Shown piece after piece: positions 56,335 through 64,000 of a DNA stretch of 64,000 nt. Below the pieces are notes generated by a model that saw only the letters and a list, made by a program, of their open reading frames with translations, was not told the origin of the DNA and ran no database searches. The first letter of the stretch is position 1, and every line of letters begins with the position of its first letter. The stretch comes from an uncultured Bacteroidota bacterium (lineage in GTDB: Bacteria; Bacteroidota; Ignavibacteria; Kryptoniales; JAKASW01): positions 1,152,270-1,216,269 of the forward strand of contig OY969815.1 in NCBI GenBank assembly GCA_963703365.1. Direction: 5' to 3'. The position numbers and the translations under genes were made by a program.

Positions 56335-57504
56335 TTAGAAAACCTTGTAAGCGTTGAATTTCAAATACTCGGTCTCAGGCATTGCTGGCAAGACAGGGTG
56401 ATCAGGCGACGCTCCGGCGCGATGCAATAGCTGCAAAGTCCGCCCGGATTTTATTGCTGCTGTTAGTATGATTTCTTCAAAGGTCGCTCTAAAAATATGA
56501 TGGGAACATGATGCAGTTAGCAATATTCCCTTTGGTTTGAGAAGCTTGAGTAAGCTTTCATGCAGGCGCCTGTAACCGGCTTTCGCGGTCGTCACACTTT
56601 TCCTATTCTTTGTGAAGCTTGGCGGATCACACACGATTACATCGAATTTCTCTCCTTGTAACGTGGCTTTGTCAAGAAAATCATATACGTCAGCGGTTTC
56701 TCCTCTCACATTTTTTAGTTGATTCAAATTTGAGTTTGTCGTTAAGTTTTTGATTGCAAGCTCAGAAGAATCTACTGCAATGACTTCTTCGGCTCCGGCG
56801 TGTGCCATGTTAAGACTGAAGCCGCCTTCATTCGAGAATAGATCGAGAACTCTATCGTGTTCAGTAAATCGTCTTGAGAAAATTCTATTTAGCCGTTGAT
56901 CGAAATAAAATCCCGTCTTCTGTCCGCGAAAGGGACTGATTCTGAAGAATACACCGCTCTCATCGTAATCCACAAGTTGTTCGTCGCCATAGACGATTGC
57001 CTTTGTTTGCGACAAGCCTTCGAGCTCTCTCGTAACACTCTCATTGCGCTCGTAGATTGCCGTCGGTGAGAATAGCTCCATGATAGAATCGTAAATGAAG
57101 TTTTTCCTTTTCTCCATGGCAGCCGACAAAATCTGGGCGCTGAAAAGTTTATCAAACCTATCGATAATAAGTCCCGGTAGAAAATCGCTCTCGCCGTTTG
57201 TTAGCCGATAAAATGGTACATCGAACAATTGCTGACGAAGGCAAACAGCAGTTTGGAGCCTATTGATGAAAAAGTTTTTGTCCGGTTCAATAAATTCTTT
57301 CGAGAAAATTCTTACGGCAATCAGAGTTTTCGGATTATAAAAACCGAAACCGAGATGTCCACCGCTTTTACTTTTGACTTCAACAACATCGCCAACGTCT
57401 GGCTTTCCATCGATTCCAGCGATCTCGTTGCTGAATACCCAGAGATGTCCCGACAAAATTCTTTTGTCTTCTTTGGGTTTGAGGTTGATAACAGGGATCG
57501 TCAC
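56335..57504 (-). CDS. rlmI: 23S rRNA m5C methyltransferase RlmI-like (PUA + class I MTase)
   Basis: N-terminal PUA-like segment (LKPKEDKRILSGHLWVFSNEI), SAM-binding LDLFSNEGGFSL and catalytic VICDPPSF. Confidence 0.7.
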   Translation of the reverse strand: MTIPVINLKPKEDKRILSGHLWVFSNEIAGIDGKPDVGDVVEVKSKSGGHLGFGFYNPKTLIAVRIFSKEFIEPDKNFFINRLQTAVCLRQQLFDVPFYRLTNGESDFLPGLIIDRFDKLFSAQILSAAMEKRKNFIYDSIMELFSPTAIYERNESVTRELEGLSQTKAIVYGDEQLVDYDESGVFFRISPFRGQKTGFYFDQRLNRIFSRRFTEHDRVLDLFSNEGGFSLNMAHAGAEEVIAVDSSELAIKNLTTNSNLNQLKNVRGETADVYDFLDKATLQGEKFDVIVCDPPSFTKNRKSVTTAKAGYRRLHESLLKLLKPKGILLTASCSHHIFRATFEEIILTAAIKSGRTLQLLHRAGASPDHPVLPAMPETEYLKFNAYKVF

Positions 57505-58694
57505 TGGAGTTTTGCAATTGCCGCAGCTACCCTGTCAATTGCCTCAACAAGTTCCTTTTCCGAATAAGCGTAAGAGATTCGGATATGTTCATCCGAGCCA
57601 AAGGCAGCTCCCGGCACAAGCGCAACCTGGGCTTCGGCAAGCAGGTAATGCGAAACATCGAACGAGTTCTTCAAGATAGTGCCATTATATTTTCTTCCGA
57701 AAAAGTTTTTGACGGAAGGAAAGAAATAGAAAGCTCCACGAGGTTTGACCGTTTTCAAACCATCAATGCTCGACATTTTTCCAAACATTAAATCGCGCCT
57801 TTTTTGGAAGGATGCACGCATCTTTTCAATATCGGTCTGATCGCCTCGGAGTGCTTCGAGTGCTGCCATTTGGGAGATCGAAGATGGATTCGAAGTAATC
57901 TGACTTTGTATCTTTGATGCGTTGTTGATGATCTTCTCGTTCGCAGCCATGAAACCGATCCGCCATCCGGTCATTGAGTAAGCTTTCGACACGCCTCCGA
58001 TTGTTATGACTTTGTCTTTCGCTTTTGAAATCGAACCAATCGAGAAATGTTTTTGTCCATCATAAATGATCTTCTCATATATCTCGTCAGAAATGATGAA
58101 AAAATCATTCTTCATCGCAAGTTGTGCGATGCCGCGCAAAGTGCTTTCATCGAGGACACTTCCCGTCGGGTTCGATGGAGAATTTATTATCATGGCTTTT
58201 GTTCTCACAGTCAACAACGGTTTAATGTCGTCTGCGGTGAACGTAAACCCATTTTCCTCTTTTGTTTTGAGAATTACCGGTACCGCGTCAACAAGTTTCA
58301 CCATTTCAGGAAAACTTACCCAATACGGCGCTGCAATTATTACTTCGTCTCCCGGATTGCAAATGGTTTGAAGCGCGTTGAAGATCGAATGTTTTCCTCC
58401 GTTTGAAACAAGGATGTTCGATGTTTTTACGTCCAATCCGTTATCTCTGCGAAATTTTTCTGCGACAGCGTCGCGGAGTTCTGTGATTCCTTCGTTTTGA
58501 GTGTACTTTGTAAAATTATTTTGTATTGCCCGAATCGCCGCCTGCTTTATATTTTCGGGAGTGGGAAAATCGGGTTCTCCCGCGCTCAGGCTTATGACAT
58601 TTTTTCCTTCCGCTCGAAGTTTTTTCGCGAGCGAAGTCATTGCAATCGTTTGAGATTCCTCGATGCGGTTGACTTTCTTTGAAATGGAAGTCAT
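57501..58694 (-). CDS. aspC: class I PLP-dependent aspartate/aromatic aminotransferase
   Basis: LSAGEPDFPTP, NPSNPTG and the PLP-lysine motif SKAYSMTGWRIG. Confidence 0.85.
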   Translation of the reverse strand: MTSISKKVNRIEESQTIAMTSLAKKLRAEGKNVISLSAGEPDFPTPENIKQAAIRAIQNNFTKYTQNEGITELRDAVAEKFRRDNGLDVKTSNILVSNGGKHSIFNALQTICNPGDEVIIAAPYWVSFPEMVKLVDAVPVILKTKEENGFTFTADDIKPLLTVRTKAMIINSPSNPTGSVLDESTLRGIAQLAMKNDFFIISDEIYEKIIYDGQKHFSIGSISKAKDKVITIGGVSKAYSMTGWRIGFMAANEKIINNASKIQSQITSNPSSISQMAALEALRGDQTDIEKMRASFQKRRDLMFGKMSSIDGLKTVKPRGAFYFFPSVKNFFGRKYNGTILKNSFDVSHYLLAEAQVALVPGAAFGSDEHIRISYAYSEKELVEAIDRVAAAIAKLQ

Positions 58695-59245
58695 TAACTC
58701 TTTTTTCTTCTATGGTTCGTTTTTGTATTTCCTCCTGAGCTGATGAACCTCGGACTCATCGAGGGTGTCCGCGAAAATTTTTTTATAAGTTCTTTCTCGA
58801 CATGTGCCGGCACAAACTGGCTCACGTCTCCGCCGAACTTCGCAATCTCACGAACGATCGAGCTGTTCAGGTAAGTATATTTTTCATGCGGCATTAAAAA
58901 TATTGTGTCTATATCAGAACACAATTTTCGGTTGGTTAATGCCATTTGAAATTCATATTCGAAATCCGAAACCGCTCTGAGTCCACGTACGATTGCATGG
59001 GCATTTTTTTCTTTGGCGTAATCTACAAGGAGTCCGTCGAATTCCTCAACCTTGATGTTCTTAAAATACTTTACGGAGTCCCGAACTAATTTTATTCTTT
59101 CCGCTCCCGTAAAAATCGGCGTCTTTTCTGAATTTACCGCCACGCAAATAATGACTTTGTCAAACAGTTTGGATGCACGTGCTGCGACATCGATGTGCCC
59201 GTTCGTTATTGGGTCGAATGTACCAGGATAGATGGCGATTTTCAT
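58694..59245 (-). CDS. coaD: pantetheine-phosphate adenylyltransferase
   Basis: IAIYPGTFDPITNGHID and ..SSIVREI.. motifs, with a basic C-terminal extension of about 23 aa. Confidence 0.85.
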   Translation of the reverse strand: MKIAIYPGTFDPITNGHIDVAARASKLFDKVIICVAVNSEKTPIFTGAERIKLVRDSVKYFKNIKVEEFDGLLVDYAKEKNAHAIVRGLRAVSDFEYEFQMALTNRKLCSDIDTIFLMPHEKYTYLNSSIVREIAKFGGDVSQFVPAHVEKELIKKFSRTPSMSPRFISSGGNTKTNHRRKKS

Positions 59246-59787
59246 TGTTTCTCCGGTTTTATGAATGATAAAATTGTCGAGCCAAAAATTTTTTGACGAA
59301 GAAGAATCGATAGCGATGGAGAATAACCTTTCGAATGTTCGACGCAGATGATTCCCGACTCGTTGACTATTTTTTGTGCCGTAATATATTCGACAATTTT
59401 TTGAGTCGTGTCGTTGATTGCGTATGGAGGATCGATATAAACGACGTCGAATTTATCATCGCAAATTTTTAAGTATTTTTCTACCTTCATCGTGCGAATT
59501 TCACACCGGTCCTCAACAGTTAAAGCAATTGCGTTTGCGTGCAGAACGCCGGCTATTTTGGGGTCTGCTTCCACAAAAACAACTTTCGCTGCGCCTCTGC
59601 TGATCGTTTCAAATCCTACACTTCCTGTACCAGCATACAAATCAAGGGCGTGCACGCCTTCCAAATCTATAACGTTCGACAAGATATCGAACATCGTCTC
59701 TCGGAGTCTATCGGTCGCCGGTCTAAGTTTTCGCGATTTGATCGACAGCAATTTCCTGCTTCGTAATTGTCCGCCGGTAATTCTCAT
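59242..59787 (-). CDS. rsmD: 16S rRNA (guanine966-N2)-methyltransferase
   Basis: MRITGGQLRSRKL.., DLYAGTGSVGFE and YIDPPY motifs. Confidence 0.8.
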   Translation of the reverse strand: MRITGGQLRSRKLLSIKSRKLRPATDRLRETMFDILSNVIDLEGVHALDLYAGTGSVGFETISRGAAKVVFVEADPKIAGVLHANAIALTVEDRCEIRTMKVEKYLKICDDKFDVVYIDPPYAINDTTQKIVEYITAQKIVNESGIICVEHSKGYSPSLSILLRQKIFGSTILSFIKPEKQ

Positions 59788-59790
59788 CTT

Positions 59791-60657
59791 TTATTTTATT
59801 GCAGCGCCGATCACGGAAAAGAAAAGATGAGGATACTCGATTAATTTTACGTTTGCCGAAACGACAGGGGAAAGAAGAAGATTAGATGTCGGAACAAGCA
59901 ACTCGTAACGCTTGTCAACATTTTTTTGAAGCGTACTGATCAGGAAACTACCGACTTTTACCCCGGTTACAAATATTTTTTGCACGTGTTCTTTTGCGGC
60001 AAATTCGAGGTCTTGCACCATCTTAGTCACGAAATAAAACGGCTCGTCGTAATAGTTGAGATATTTGTAAACGATGCGTTCGCTGTTCTTGGAGAAACTT
60101 CCTTCAACATGGTGATCTTTCACAGTGATAAGAATGTAATTCTCCGTTTGCTTCAGCAGTTTGTTTATTGCCAATTCAGTGCATGAATGATCGAGGTCGA
60201 TGAACTGTAAGTCGAGACCGCACCGCGTGCACGCGTCTTTAATGGTGCGCAACAGAGTTTTATCAATGGCGGCATAGAAAACTTCTTTGTGTCCGTCTTC
60301 TGAGGTCTTTGTGATTTCATACGCCGGTCTAAACTCCTGCGAACCGAAATCGTTGTGAAAATCTATTTCCGCATTCAAAAAATCGATGATCTCTCCAGTT
60401 TGTAGGTTGGCATCGATATCAATGGTGTCCCTTTCTGTCAGCGTCGTGTCAATCGCGACCGAAGCGATGCGTCCCAGCATTGCCTCTTCATTGATCAAGA
60501 GAGAAATTTGTTTAACAAGTTCATCTACTTGCAAATTTTCGATATTTCTTTCCGCTATTCGCGAAAGAAAGAATCCGTCGGCGCGGTGCTCAATTTCAGC
60601 GACTCGAATAATGTCTTTGCAAATTTCAATTCCGAGAACAATCCTAAACTGGTCCAT
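59791..60657 (-). CDS. hypothetical protein, weak resemblance to PilM/FtsA-type actin-fold proteins
   Basis: The N-terminal IVLGIEICKDIIRVAEIE.. resembles the PilM phosphate-1 strand-turn. The rest is unassigned. Confidence 0.35.
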   Translation of the reverse strand: MDQFRIVLGIEICKDIIRVAEIEHRADGFFLSRIAERNIENLQVDELVKQISLLINEEAMLGRIASVAIDTTLTERDTIDIDANLQTGEIIDFLNAEIDFHNDFGSQEFRPAYEITKTSEDGHKEVFYAAIDKTLLRTIKDACTRCGLDLQFIDLDHSCTELAINKLLKQTENYILITVKDHHVEGSFSKNSERIVYKYLNYYDEPFYFVTKMVQDLEFAAKEHVQKIFVTGVKVGSFLISTLQKNVDKRYELLVPTSNLLLSPVVSANVKLIEYPHLFFSVIGAAIK

Positions 60658-61113
60658 TCATTCAGCTTTCACGAAGGGCTTAACCTTTTCGAACTTCTTG
60701 CTCCCGATTCCTTTAACTTTCAATAAGTCTCCGACCGAAGCGAATTTTCCCTTCGACGTTCGGTAATCAATAATTCTCTGTGCCATGGTCTGCCCGATTC
60801 CGGGCAGTGCGACAAGTTCTTCTGCAGGCGCTTTGTTAAGATCGATTGGCGATGTAATTGAAGGTTTTGTCCTTTGCTGCTGGGGTGTTTTAACCGTATC
60901 CTCTTCTACTGCGATGATGGAGTCGATCTTTGAAGATGCCGCGGCAAAGAAAGCATCCGACTGGCTAAAGTCATATCGTTCGGTTGACTTGTCGATGTGT
61001 AGTATCTTTACAACTCCGCCGACGATGACGCCGAAGCTCAAAAAGAGAATAATACCCGCCTCGCTCTTGGTGAGTCCGAATTTTTCCTGAATCCTGCGTA
61101 TAATTTTCGACAA
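60658..61113 (-). CDS. comEA: ComEA-family helix-hairpin-helix DNA-binding protein
   Basis: N-terminal TM anchor and tandem HhH motifs: DLNKAPAEELVALPGIGQTMAQRIIDYR and LLKVKGIGSKKFEKV. Confidence 0.75.
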   Translation of the reverse strand: MSKIIRRIQEKFGLTKSEAGIILFLSFGVIVGGVVKILHIDKSTERYDFSQSDAFFAAASSKIDSIIAVEEDTVKTPQQQRTKPSITSPIDLNKAPAEELVALPGIGQTMAQRIIDYRTSKGKFASVGDLLKVKGIGSKKFEKVKPFVKAE

Positions 61114-61194
61114 AATATTTTGTATTAGTCTTTTGAAGTTACTATAGATTTAAGCAAAAGCCTAACTCGGTGGAACAGAGGCCAAAATCAGAAA

Positions 61195-61219
61195 CTGCAA
61201 GACCGCTGCCGTCTTGCGG
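61195..61219. repeat. hairpin motif CAAGRCCRCTGCCGTCTTG, copy 2
   Basis: ctgcaagac-cgctgcc-gtcttgcgg has a 9-bp stem and 7-nt loop. It lies in the 325-bp dnaJ-comEA gap. Confidence 0.4.
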
Positions 61220-61438
61220 CATGCGGTATCATGTAAAAAATGTGATGTCGGAGCTGCAGAGAACGCGCTAAGTGTATTTTTCCCATTCATGACTTTCTCC
61301 TGCTCAATTATTTTTGTATGGAAATTCGGGAGGCCGCCTCATAATAAGCGATATGATTTCGTAACGGCAAAAGCGGCATTTGCGCATCTTAGCATTCTTT
61401 GCGGTTAAAGGTTTTTTCATGGATTTTCGTCCATGCGT

Positions 61439-62587
61439 CTAGTTTTCGGCGCTGCCGTTTCTAGAAGGCGGCTTAATGTTCGCAGAGCGGGCAAGATCTT
61501 TCAATAGATCCTTTTCTTTCTGGCTGAGTTTCGTGGGTGTGAAAATATTAATGGTTACCAATTCATCTCCGCGGCCGTAACCGTTCAAGCGGGGCAATCC
61601 TTTTTCTCTCATCCTGAGGATTTTCCCAGACTGGATGCCCGCCTCAATTTTTAGTTTTGCTTTTCCTGAAAGAGTCGGAACTTCGACTTCGCTACCGAGT
61701 GCTGCTTCTGGGAAACTGAGATCGAGATCATAAATTACGTCGTCGCCATCGCGTTTGAAATGCTTATGCGCAGCCTCTTTTATCATGACGATCAAATCGC
61801 CGTTAGGTCCGCCGCGTTTGCCCGCGTTACCTTCGCCGCGAAGAGTTAGGTAATTTCCTTCGCTGACTCCAGCCGGGATTTTAACTTTTATTGTTGATTC
61901 GCCGCTTAATCGTCCTGCTCCGCCGCAAGTCGGGCAGGGATCCTTTATTATCCTGCCGGTGCCGCCGCAGTTCGAACATTGTGTCACGTTAACGAATTGT
62001 CCGAACATTGTTCGTGTTGCACGGCGTATCTCACCGCTTCCACTGCAAGATGGGCATGTTGCTATTCCAGAGCCGGCCTTTGCGCCGCTGCCGTTGCAAG
62101 TGCGGCATGTTTCCTGTCGCTTGATTTTGATTTTTTTCTCGATGCCGGATACGATCTCTTCCAATCCCAGCGTGATGGAAATTTTTAGGTCGCTTCCGCG
62201 TTCACCTGTTGAAGAGCCGCCGCGCGATCGGGTTCGCGTTCCGCCGCTGAAGATATCATCGAAAATGGAACCGCCGAATCCGGCGCCAAAAATATCATTG
62301 AACATACTGGAGATGTCGTTGGTATTAACATCGTTCCAATTATGGAAATCCGTTCCCTGTCGTACCCCTTCGTGGCCGAACCGGTCGTAGCGTGACCGTT
62401 TGTCCTGATCGCTCAAAACTTCGTACGCCTCAGTCGCTTCCTTAAATTTTTCCTCCGCTTCTTTATTCCCGGGATTTCTATCGGGATGGTATTGCATTGC
62501 AAGTTTGCGGTAAGCTTTTTTGACGTCGTCGATTGACGTACTTTTATCTACGCCTAAAATTTCGTAGTAATCTTTTTTTGTTGCCAT
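61439..62587 (-). CDS. dnaJ: molecular chaperone DnaJ
   Basis: J domain (YYEILGV, HPDRNPG), a G/F region, and four CxxCxGxG zinc motifs ([32 protein letters not shown]). Confidence 0.95.
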   Translation of the reverse strand: MATKKDYYEILGVDKSTSIDDVKKAYRKLAMQYHPDRNPGNKEAEEKFKEATEAYEVLSDQDKRSRYDRFGHEGVRQGTDFHNWNDVNTNDISSMFNDIFGAGFGGSIFDDIFSGGTRTRSRGGSSTGERGSDLKISITLGLEEIVSGIEKKIKIKRQETCRTCNGSGAKAGSGIATCPSCSGSGEIRRATRTMFGQFVNVTQCSNCGGTGRIIKDPCPTCGGAGRLSGESTIKVKIPAGVSEGNYLTLRGEGNAGKRGGPNGDLIVMIKEAAHKHFKRDGDDVIYDLDLSFPEAALGSEVEVPTLSGKAKLKIEAGIQSGKILRMREKGLPRLNGYGRGDELVTINIFTPTKLSQKEKDLLKDLARSANIKPPSRNGSAEN

Positions 62588-62605
62588 CTCGTACTTTCTA
62601 ATACA

Positions 62606-63250
62606 TCAATTTTTGTCCGCATGATCGGAATCGGTTTCTTCCCTAGTAGGTGGGATCTCGGATTTTTCCTCACCCTGAGCGGCGACAATCACTTTCGCAT
62701 GTTTAATCACTTTACCGTGAAGGGTATAGCCACGCTCAACTTCTTCGACGATAGTATGTGGCTCTACATCTTTGCGAGGAACCTGCATCAAGACATCATG
62801 GTACATTACGTCGAATTCCTTACCGACGGAATTTATCGGTCTCACTCCCTTATCATCAAGCATCTTGGACAGCTTCTGATAAATTAGCTCAATCCCTTTA
62901 TAGAACGATTCTCCGTTCGGTTCAGAATTTTGTTTTCCATTTGTGAGAGCGCGCTCGAAGTCACCGAGAATGGGTAAAAGTTCCTTTATGATCTTTTCAT
63001 TGGAAAATTTTACAAAGTCAATCTTGTCAGCTTCTACTCTCTTCTTATAATTTTCAAACTCAGCGGCGAGTCGCAGAAGCTGATCTTTATAAGTCTTGAT
63101 GAGCGTTTCCGAATCGCTAAGATGCTTTTGAAGTTTCTCTATATCGTTTTCAACCTCATTCTCGACATCCTCTTGGGATTCTTTTTCCTGATTATCTTTC
63201 ATTTCAGATGGTTTCCCATTAATTAGACTTTTGTCGTCAGGCATTATCAA
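62606..63250 (-). CDS. grpE: nucleotide exchange factor GrpE
   Basis: Acidic N-terminus, a coiled coil (..RLAAEFENYKKR..) and a C-terminal beta domain (..GYTLHGKVIKHAKVIV). Confidence 0.85.
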   Translation of the reverse strand: MIMPDDKSLINGKPSEMKDNQEKESQEDVENEVENDIEKLQKHLSDSETLIKTYKDQLLRLAAEFENYKKRVEADKIDFVKFSNEKIIKELLPILGDFERALTNGKQNSEPNGESFYKGIELIYQKLSKMLDDKGVRPINSVGKEFDVMYHDVLMQVPRKDVEPHTIVEEVERGYTLHGKVIKHAKVIVAAQGEEKSEIPPTREETDSDHADKN

Positions 63251-63254
63251 TTAT

Positions 63255-64000
63255 TTACGAATTCAATTTGTTTGAAATAACTTTAGCAACAAAATCAACA
63301 AGCGGTATGAGTCTTGAGTATTGCATCCGACGCGGGCCGACGATGCCGACGGTGCCGCTAACTCCGCCAACTTCATACCGAGCCGTTATCAGACTATAGT
63401 CTTTGAGTTTCTCATCGTTATTCTCGGAACCGACTTTTACAATAACCGGTTCATCTCGTTCGACTTTTTCAAGAATATGGAGTATAACATTTTCGTCGCC
63501 AAGAATTTCCAGTATTCCTTTGAAATTTTCCGGCAGCTCAAACTCGGGATGAGATAAGATACCTTGTGGCATGCCAATGTGAAATTTATCAGTCTCCGGC
63601 AACGGCGCGAAAATTTTGTCGCTCATCATGGCGAAACGATTTATGACGTCTTCGTTTGTGTGATCGCCGACTCTCTCGGAGATCGTCTCTCTTATCTCGG
63701 ACAATTTCAACCCGGATAGTCTTTCGTTGAGCAGGGTATTGATCCTCTTGAGCCTTTGAACGCCGACCTCGGATTCCACTTCTAACACGATCGTTTTTAT
63801 CAAACCGGTTTCGAGAGAAATTACGACGAGAATCTTGGACGAATTCAGAGACAGGAGCTCTATCTTTGTAAGAGTCGCATCGCCAAGATAGGGTGCCGAG
63901 ACGAGGCTCAATTGTTTGGTAACTTTTCCTAAAAGTTTCGACGCGTCACTCAACAATTCGCTTGAATCAAGAGACGAATTTAAGCCAGCTGCTATTTGAG
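63255..64000 (-). CDS. hrcA: heat-inducible transcription repressor HrcA, C-terminal two-thirds (5' end outside the window)
   Basis: The frame stays open to the window edge. The C-terminal ..GVSGTVGIVGPRRMQYSRLIPLVDFV.. is the conserved HrcA signature, and the position upstream of grpE-dnaJ is canonical. Confidence 0.8.
   Translation of the reverse strand, partial: QIAAGLNSSLDSSELLSDASKLLGKVTKQLSLVSAPYLGDATLTKIELLSLNSSKILVVISLETGLIKTIVLEVESEVGVQRLKRINTLLNERLSGLKLSEIRETISERVGDHTNEDVINRFAMMSDKIFAPLPETDKFHIGMPQGILSHPEFELPENFKGILEILGDENVILHILEKVERDEPVIVKVGSENNDEKLKDYSLITARYEVGGVSGTVGIVGPRRMQYSRLIPLVDFVAKVISNKLNS

Noticed and set aside
61214-61408. 64-aa plus-strand ORF in the dnaJ-comEA gap, and similarly 11834-12019, 23372-23557 and 46373-46564
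   Set aside because: None has an SD or other start context, the compositions are odd, and each is isolated against the local strand orientation. I treat them as non-coding.
61959-62390. 143-aa ORF antisense to dnaJ, and likewise 149 aa antisense to copA at 32930-33379
   Set aside because: These are shadow ORFs of Gly/Cys- or Ala/Val-rich coding regions. They are well within the range seen opposite other genes here, unlike the 321-aa case at 35.5 kb.

Overview
This is a gene-dense chromosomal segment with about 60 protein-coding genes and 2 tRNAs. I saw no rRNA, CRISPR array, transposase, integrase or phage gene. The content fits a diderm bacterium of the FCB group (Ignavibacteria/Chlorobi/Bacteroidota-like). 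The evidence is two proteins ending in T9SS-type C-terminal sorting domains, a BamD lipoprotein, a group-II-like GGGPS/PcrB homolog and many two-component-propeller repeats. This taxonomic call is inference only.

Layout:
- 1-5.7 kb: a tightly coupled plus-strand run of alaS (3' end), GGGPS, gmhA, pterin dehydratase, pyrE, NUDIX, pyrimidine-nucleoside phosphorylase and a frameshifted ArsC-family gene.
- 5.8-11.7 kb: bcp, suhB, a CheY-like regulator, an HD protein, GT2, fmt, an FmdB zinc ribbon and the initiator tRNA.
- 12-22.4 kb: a signalling block. It holds a 1713-aa cytoplasmic multi-PAS/GAF hybrid kinase, a chemoreceptor with a cytoplasmic sugar-binding-protein-like sensor, and a 14-blade T9SS-secreted propeller.
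- 23.6-35 kb: a long plus-strand run of htpX, gdhA, bamD, a thioesterase, an FG-GAP protein, a HExxH T9SS protein, an orphan ABC ATPase, copA and copZ.
- 35-39.4 kb: a poorly characterised accessory-looking cluster. It holds a secreted protein with an unusually long antisense ORF, a SAM methyltransferase, a YVTN beta-propeller, a membrane-anchored CPFC glutaredoxin-like protein and a small polytopic protein. A 600-bp non-coding gap containing a GC-rich nested-stem element precedes it.
- 39.4-64 kb: mostly minus-strand housekeeping. This covers pnp-tdk-cdd, membrane proteins, a POT transporter, tRNA-His, dacB with a sigma-54 two-component pair, uvrA, rlmI, an aminotransferase, coaD, rsmD, comEA, dnaJ, grpE and hrcA (5' part outside the window).

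The observations I would follow up first are:
- the codon-aligned antisense ORF pair at 35.5-36.4 kb and its surrounding cluster;
- a tRNA-His without an encoded G-1 (G1-U72, A73);
- the chemoreceptor with an apparently permuted cytoplasmic PBP domain;
- a 46-bp duplication of the suhB translation-initiation region.

All functional calls rest on motif recognition in the supplied translations. No database search was possible.
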